From positions 1 through 10,306 of the forward strand of contig JBIKWF010000137.1 of assembly GCA_044356455.1 (NCBI GenBank): a stretch of 10,306 bases of DNA, in the 5' to 3' direction. The stretch comes from Bdellovibrionota bacterium (GTDB lineage: Bacteria; Bdellovibrionota_C; UBA2361; JBGSMV01). Positions 4,937-10,306 of the stretch are shown here, one piece after another; position 1 is the first letter of the stretch; each line of letters opens with the position of its first letter. The notes beneath the pieces are model-generated. The model did no database searches. It saw nothing but the letters and a program-made list of their open reading frames with translations, and had not been told where the DNA came from. A program made the position numbers and the translations under genes.

Positions 4937-6367
4937 TTAAAGGCGATTTTTTGCCGCTTCGATTTTTCCAAGAACATTGTCTTTGTACCAGTGCGGATCC
5001 CACCATTCGATAGGGGAAACCGGAACTACCCCCACTCGAATTTCGAAATGCAGGTGATCGCCGCCCGCGAAGCCTGTTTGCCCTGTGCGAGCAATGATGT
5101 CGCCTTTGAGCACTCGGTCTCCGGGCTTTACTTGCAGCACGGAAAGATGACCGTAGAGTGAAAATATGCCGAGCCCGTGATCTATTATGATGGTGTTTCC
5201 ATACAAGCCAAAATCTTCCGAGAGAACGACGATGCCTTCATTGGTGGCTCTCACGATGTCGCGCTCGGTCGATGCGAGGTCGAAACCGTTGTGCCGAGAA
5301 CCGCCGAAGGGTTTGCCCTCAAAGGTGAAGGAGCGCTCTTCTCCGAAAGTAGACGAAACGGCAGAAGGCATTGGTTTTATAAACTCGCCCTGCCAAAGTC
5401 GATCTTTGGAGGTTGCGCTGAAAATCTGAGCGAGCTTCTCATCCAGCAGTCCTCGAAAGCCCTCATTCACTACCCTAAAGCGGGCCTCTCGGTCCGAGCC
5501 TGGAGGGATGGTCTTGAGTAACTCGTCGGTGCGTTCAGGGAAATAGCGCCGAATAAATAGCTCATACTTGGGGATGAGGGGCTCCGCTTTCTCAGCTAAA
5601 AAAGACTCGGAGAGTGAAATAGTCGCAGTCTCGGGCGTGTGCTCTTGGGCGCGAAATCGAAGAGGAATTTCAGTGACATTTCGCGCTTCATCCTCAGCAT
5701 AAACCCGCACAAGGCTTGCTGCCGTCCAATTTCGAGGAAGGGCAAAAATTGAGACATACATCTGTGATTGTTCGGGAAAGGTCGGATCAAGCCCCCGCGC
5801 AAGAGAGGCTGGGAAAAAGAGATCGCCTACCTTGATCCCTGTAGAGAGCAGTTTTGTTTCTTGTACCCGAAAGAGTACGAGTTCGCTGCCACCAGCCTGA
5901 ACGCTGTGCTGCTGCGTTAGTACTTCAATTTGTGGAGGGGTAAAATCGATTTCGGTGGCAAGGGCTTTCTCCCCCCTGTTGTGCCAGTAACTTGCGTCAG
6001 TTGCGGCGAGCTCCACAGAAGCGGGCCCAGGACTAAGGGCGCCAACTACCGCATCGCAGCTTACTTCATAGGCAGCGGTGACTACGCCATCCGCAACAAC
6101 TTCGCGTCGACCCGCCTCGAGGTTGCAGGCGACCGTTTTAGCGCCCTGTTTCAGAGCGACGGAAAGCGTCTCGATACCGGTTCCGTGGTCGAAGACTTGA
6201 ACAGGAAATGCGACTGCGGAACTGCCAAAAGCGGACGGTTCTTGAATGATTTGGATTTCAGGGGGGGAACGGTCTACCACATGCGCAAGGAAAGGACTCT
6301 GTGCGAGCCAGACAACTGCGAATAACCCGCCAACGACACCAACCACGACAATTATAAAGCGTATCAT
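4937..6367 (-). CDS. M23 family metallopeptidase (peptidoglycan endopeptidase) with N-terminal membrane anchor
   Basis: 476 aa with an N-terminal hydrophobic segment and a C-terminal M23 domain carrying HNGFD (HxxxD), YGNTIIIDHG, YGHLS and GDHLHFEIR (HxH). Confidence 0.93.
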   Translation of the reverse strand: MIRFIIVVVGVVGGLFAVVWLAQSPFLAHVVDRSPPEIQIIQEPSAFGSSAVAFPVQVFDHGTGIETLSVALKQGAKTVACNLEAGRREVVADGVVTAAYEVSCDAVVGALSPGPASVELAATDASYWHNRGEKALATEIDFTPPQIEVLTQQHSVQAGGSELVLFRVQETKLLSTGIKVGDLFFPASLARGLDPTFPEQSQMYVSIFALPRNWTAASLVRVYAEDEARNVTEIPLRFRAQEHTPETATISLSESFLAEKAEPLIPKYELFIRRYFPERTDELLKTIPPGSDREARFRVVNEGFRGLLDEKLAQIFSATSKDRLWQGEFIKPMPSAVSSTFGEERSFTFEGKPFGGSRHNGFDLASTERDIVRATNEGIVVLSEDFGLYGNTIIIDHGLGIFSLYGHLSVLQVKPGDRVLKGDIIARTGQTGFAGGDHLHFEIRVGVVPVSPIEWWDPHWYKDNVLGKIEAAKNRL

Positions 6368-6427
6368 AACTCCGTATCAGACCATCCAAGGGTCGCCTGC
6401 GCAATCCGCATCTGCTCCTTGGTCTTC

Positions 6428-7579
6428 TCAGAAAGGGGCCTTCTCGCAAAGGGGCTGCTCAGAAAGGGGGCTCCTCATGGAGCGGTGAATAATGTTGAGA
6501 AGGGACTTTGCGATAAGAGTAGAGGCGTGCGCCGAATAGCCCCCGGCAAGTAGAGATAGGATTGGTATGTGGTTTCGGGACGCTTGCTCAAAAATAAAGG
6601 CATCTCGTCTCAGGATTGCCCCTTCGCTTAGTGCCATTCTTCCGAGGGAATCTCCGACAAAGGGATCTTGGCCAAGGTGCGCTATCAGCAGCCGAGGGGA
6701 AGGGATCTCAGCGAGCGCGCGAGGAAGCTCGTGCCATAGTAGGCCTAGGTAGTCACGGTCAGATATGCCACTTTCAACGGGGAATAAATAACGCTGATAT
6801 TCCTCCCTGTTCTTAGGCGACATTCCGGCGGGTGGGGGCGGGTAAGGTCGTCCAGAGATTCGAGATGCGGGGTAGATATCCTGATTGTAGATGTCAAAGA
6901 GCGTGACTCGTGGATCGTGTCCGAGGAGTTCCCATAGCCCGTTCATCCCGTGGGCATCTACGTCTACCACGATTACGTTTAGATCGGGCTGCTGCCTCCA
7001 AAGCGCGCGGATTGCAACTGCGGTATCAGCATAAAAGCAAAAGCCCTCGGCACGATCCGCATGTGCGTGATGAAATCCACCTGAAAAATTGAACGCCCAC
7101 CCGTGCTCAAGAGCTAATTTCGCGCCTAGTATGGTGCCTCCTGTTGCAACTCGCAGCGGTGCAAGAAGTTGGTCATCGACCTGTTGGGAAGTGAAGTTTG
7201 CAAGTTCGGGAATTCCCATGACACGAGCCACAAGAGTGGGGCACGAGAGGCTTCTTAGATACTCTGAGGAATGAACTAAGGTGAGATCTGATAGCGTAGC
7301 CGGCCGTGGCTCGTGGATCTCGTCGAGAGAAGTCTTGAGTGCCTTGCAGGTGATGTGAAATGCCTTGCCCCGTTTTCCAAAGTCAAAGGGATAGGCCTTT
7401 GGGCGTGCGCCTAGACTTAGAGAAAAATCGTATTCAGGAGAAAAAATGAGCGGGGCTTTTCCATTTTGATAGAACGACATTTCTGGCCATGGTGCTGGCC
7501 TGGCGGGCAAGGAGGCAGAATCTGCGCTGTCGCTTTGATTGGTAACTACCTTTTGGTCGATAGGGGGAGTGGTAAGCAT
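6428..7579 (-). CDS. Zn-dependent histone deacetylase family protein, class IV / HDAC11-like
   Basis: 383 aa with GGFHHA, GFCFYAD, DVDAH, GQDPFVGDSLG and LAGGY motifs. The start codon is uncertain. Confidence 0.92.
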   Translation of the reverse strand: MLTTPPIDQKVVTNQSDSADSASLPARPAPWPEMSFYQNGKAPLIFSPEYDFSLSLGARPKAYPFDFGKRGKAFHITCKALKTSLDEIHEPRPATLSDLTLVHSSEYLRSLSCPTLVARVMGIPELANFTSQQVDDQLLAPLRVATGGTILGAKLALEHGWAFNFSGGFHHAHADRAEGFCFYADTAVAIRALWRQQPDLNVIVVDVDAHGMNGLWELLGHDPRVTLFDIYNQDIYPASRISGRPYPPPPAGMSPKNREEYQRYLFPVESGISDRDYLGLLWHELPRALAEIPSPRLLIAHLGQDPFVGDSLGRMALSEGAILRRDAFIFEQASRNHIPILSLLAGGYSAHASTLIAKSLLNIIHRSMRSPLSEQPLCEKAPF

Positions 7580-7695
7580 CTAATAAAAGGAGGGTTTCAA
7601 GCAGTTTCTATAGTTTCTTGGGGGTGCATAGTGCCGTTTCACGCCCCTTGGGCGCAAGTGCGCAGAATAGGGGCTCAGCACTTCGCAACTAGCCG

Positions 7696-7723
7696 TAATC
7701 ATTCCCATGCATTAGGCCGATAG
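7696..7723 (+). promoter_or_regulatory. Putative sigma28 (FliA)-type promoter
   Basis: TAAT (7696-7699)-N16-GCCGATAG (7716-7723), followed by GAGGAG (7731-7736) and ATG 7749. Confidence 0.45.
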
Positions 7724-7748
7724 AGAAGGCGAGGAGTTTTATTTCTCC

Positions 7749-9242
7749 ATGACAAGCTTTCTATACAAGCCGCCTTCTGGTGACCGCCGAATTAAGACGA
7801 TGGTCGGGCGCTCAACTAACCGCCGCGCTGATAGCTCGGTTGAGCATATGAGTAAGGGCGGGATTCCGGTTAATCCGGCGGCACTCAAGGCCGTGCGCGA
7901 TCTCGTTGAGAGCGGTGAGTGGAAAAAGGACCCGGCTGGCCTTCTTGAAGCGGTCAAGAGCGATCCTGGACTTTTTGTCTATGTCGCGAAGAACATGAAG
8001 TCTCTAGCGGACGAGGTGCGAGAGGGCGTAGATCCCTTGGCGCAGCTCGCATCTCTGGAACAAGAGAAGCTCGTAAAGCTATTTCATGTCAGCGACAGAG
8101 ATGTCTCCACGCATCGGCTGCGTGATGCTACCCCAGCTCAAATGCTTCGCGTGCAGCAAGCTATCATCAGCGCCAGAGCCGCTGAGGCTTTGGGTCCAAA
8201 GGTCGATATCTCTGCTGACCTCGCCTTTTCTGGGGCAGTGCTTCGACAAGTCGGCCACTCCATGATTGCCTGGAACTATCCTGATATTTATGCGCGAGCT
8301 CTTCTGCACCAACGGGCGAAGGGCGCCAACTTGGATCAGGAGCTCCAGAAACTTGTGGGGATGACCCCGGCTCAGGTGGGGAGTCGATTCGCCGCGGAAT
8401 GGAATCTTTCGCCAGAACTGCGCTGGGCAGTGTCCGGGGATTCTCAGCGCACTCCTCCTCATCAAATTGCGCCGCGCGGAACAGAGGTGGACGGGAAATT
8501 AAACCTGAGAGACGTATGCGATCTTTCGGAGCTTTTCGCTAAAGCGAATGATCCCCTGCACTACCCGGACGCGCCGGAGAAATGGGCTGAGGCGGAGCGC
8601 GCGATTGAGGAGTCGGTTGGAGTTAGCTTGCCCGATGCAATTGCCGGAGCCGTGCAGAAATCCCTGGCATTTATAAGTCAGGTAACTCAGCATGCCTTAC
8701 AGACGCCGTTCTTTCGGCTGCCAGAAAAACCAAATGCGCTTTCGGCGGAGCAGCGAGCTCTCATCGAGGCAAATCCTTATCTTCGTCGCTGCTCTGATGA
8801 AGTAAAGCTGCACTTTGTTCCAGTCTATCGACTGATTACCAAGGAGGGGGTCTCCGTCGAGGCAATTCGAGAACTCGTCGATTCTGCGATTCCGCACTTA
8901 GGATTTGTTAGGGGCTGTCTCTATCTTTATAAACCTGAAACGGGAACGCTTAAGCCTGCGCTGCGTGTGGGAGATCTGCCCTTGAGCGCCTATCCTACGC
9001 TCGGCGAGAACGAGCATCACCCAGTTGCCGAGCCATTGCAGTCGACCGTACTTTTGAAGAGCCCGTTTGGTCCGCTAAACTCAAATCCGGGGACGCATCT
9101 CTACTGTGCTCTTTTGGGTGAGAAGCATCGCGGGGTGCTTCATCTCGAAGTCGCTCCGGAGCATGAGGAAAATCCCGCCTATCAGGCAACGCTTCTGTTC
9201 AATGCTGTGCGGCAATGCATTCTCGACTGCCTCGATAAATAG
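7749..9242 (+). CDS. HDOD-domain signal transduction protein with possible C-terminal GAF-like region
   Basis: 497 aa. IPVNP..L, EAVKSDPGL, AFSGAVLRQVG..MI and E.QKLVGMT.AQVG..FA.EWNLS.EL match the HDOD pattern. The C-terminal RGCLYLY.PETGTLKP...L....RGVLHLE segment is GAF-like by eye. Confidence 0.8.
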   Translation: MTSFLYKPPSGDRRIKTMVGRSTNRRADSSVEHMSKGGIPVNPAALKAVRDLVESGEWKKDPAGLLEAVKSDPGLFVYVAKNMKSLADEVREGVDPLAQLASLEQEKLVKLFHVSDRDVSTHRLRDATPAQMLRVQQAIISARAAEALGPKVDISADLAFSGAVLRQVGHSMIAWNYPDIYARALLHQRAKGANLDQELQKLVGMTPAQVGSRFAAEWNLSPELRWAVSGDSQRTPPHQIAPRGTEVDGKLNLRDVCDLSELFAKANDPLHYPDAPEKWAEAERAIEESVGVSLPDAIAGAVQKSLAFISQVTQHALQTPFFRLPEKPNALSAEQRALIEANPYLRRCSDEVKLHFVPVYRLITKEGVSVEAIRELVDSAIPHLGFVRGCLYLYKPETGTLKPALRVGDLPLSAYPTLGENEHHPVAEPLQSTVLLKSPFGPLNSNPGTHLYCALLGEKHRGVLHLEVAPEHEENPAYQATLLFNAVRQCILDCLDK

Positions 9243-9452
9243 ACCTGTAAGATCCATTCTCGTTAGAAATGGCGCCTTTTACGCCCTCGGGTAAGTAGGG
9301 TAACTCATTAAAACTACAATATGTTCCGTGTTTGGAGTTTCCTCCAGCTCAAATATAACGTATGGTGGTTAAGTTAGGGTCCGCGTCAGAGTTCATGGAG
9401 CAGTTCGGCTCGAGTCCTCTCAGCGGCTTTTCTAAGACCACTAGGAGGTCAG

Positions 9453-9857
9453 ATGGGCAAGAAGCTCTATGTTGGCAATCTGCCATATAGCGTAACTGAC
9501 GATCGTCTACGGGAGATTTTCTCCACCGTAGGTAACGTTGAGTCAGCAAAAGTAATCATTGATCGCGACAGCGGCCGCAGCAAAGGCTTCGGTTTCGTCG
9601 AGATGATGTCAGACGAGGAAGCTCAGGCTGCCATCGCTCAGATCAATGGCATGCAAGAAGATGGTCGTGCAATGAACGTTTCAGAAGCACGTCCTCAGGC
9701 TCCACGTGAAGGCGGCGGCGGCGGCGGTGGATTCCGCAGCGGCGGCGGCGGTGGACGCGGCGGTGGCGGTGGATTCGGCGGCGGTGGCCGTGGCGGTCCT
9801 CGCGGCGGCGGCGGCGGTGGCGATCGTGGTGATCGTCGCGGCGGCGGACGTTGGTAA
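9453..9857 (+). CDS. RRM (RNP-1) RNA-binding protein with glycine-rich C-terminal tail
   Basis: RNP2 KLYVGNL, RNP1 KGFGFVEM, and a Gly/Arg/Phe-rich tail. AGGAGG Shine-Dalgarno at 9443-9448. Confidence 0.97.
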   Translation: MGKKLYVGNLPYSVTDDRLREIFSTVGNVESAKVIIDRDSGRSKGFGFVEMMSDEEAQAAIAQINGMQEDGRAMNVSEARPQAPREGGGGGGGFRSGGGGGRGGGGGFGGGGRGGPRGGGGGGDRGDRRGGGRW

Positions 9858-9942
9858 ACAACGTACGCGCTCTCTTCTCGCTGAATAGGCGGGAAGGGAG
9901 TTCCAAAAATGCTCTTGAATAGAGAGTATTTCGCTGGAGAAG

Positions 9943-9975
9943 AGGCTCCCTCAGAAATGAGGGGGCCTTTTTTTT
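9943..9975 (+). terminator. Rho-independent terminator
   Basis: AGGCTCCCTCA-GAAA-TGAGGGGGCCT stem (one G-U pair) followed by a T-run ending at 9975, downstream of the RRM gene. Confidence 0.9.
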
Positions 9976-10056
9976 GTCCTTGTGAAGGTAGCTGACTCAA
10001 GATTTAGCCTAGCGTCAGATGAGCCTTGTGTTTACAAATACGGAGAGGGCAGCATC

Positions 10057-10306
10057 GTGGGCCAAGAACCTCGGTCTCAACTTTCCGGTCGTCCCCGTCG
10101 AGAGCTTAGGCGCGAAAGGGCGTCTATTCGCCTAGAGCGAATCAAAATCATGGCAGGGCTCTCAAAAGAGCTGCACGTCTTAGGGCATGAAATTGACGGC
10201 CTGGAGCGCTCACAGCGCGAGGTCGAGCGCTCCCTCATTGAAAATTCCGCAAGCGCTGAGAATCAGGCCTTGAAGGATTGGACTAACCAGCTGTCCTCCC
10301 TCCAGA
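10057..10306 (+). CDS. Partial hypothetical protein, probably coiled-coil (runs off the window)
   Basis: GTG 10057 is preceded by GGAGAGG, and the frame is open to the end: MGQEPRSQLSGRPRRELRRERASIRLERIKIMAGLSKELHVLGHEIDGLERSQREVERSLIENSASAENQALKDWTNQLSSLQ. Confidence 0.65.
   Translation, partial: MGQEPRSQLSGRPRRELRRERASIRLERIKIMAGLSKELHVLGHEIDGLERSQREVERSLIENSASAENQALKDWTNQLSSLQ

Noticed and set aside
9643..10000. Poly-Pro, poly-Arg and poly-Ala ORFs
   Set aside because: Alternative-frame or antisense readings of the GGC-rich glycine tail of the RRM gene.

Overview
Bacterial chromosomal window with ordinary metabolic, envelope and regulatory genes. In order: a partial POTRA/Omp85-family gene (-, absent from the ORF track), a HpcH/HpaI-CitE family lyase (+), a VLCAD/ACAD9-like acyl-CoA dehydrogenase (+), two small proteins of 51 and 54 aa (-), an M23 peptidase (-), an HDAC11-like deacylase (-), an HDOD-domain protein (+), a glycine-rich RRM RNA-binding protein with its terminator (+), and a partial coiled-coil ORF (+). 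The most striking non-coding signal is four copies of a 120-140 bp nested element in four consecutive intergenic regions. Each has 15-bp terminal inverted repeats (GGAACCTCTGAAAAA, degenerate in two copies) next to CTAA/CTAG-type 4-mers, resembling an IS5-type MITE. These ends enclose a long palindrome built from 9-bp CTCTGTGnn units. Two copies flank the acyl-CoA dehydrogenase in inverted orientation, one has its internal loop flipped, and no transposase is present in the window. All alignments and family calls were made by eye, without database searches.
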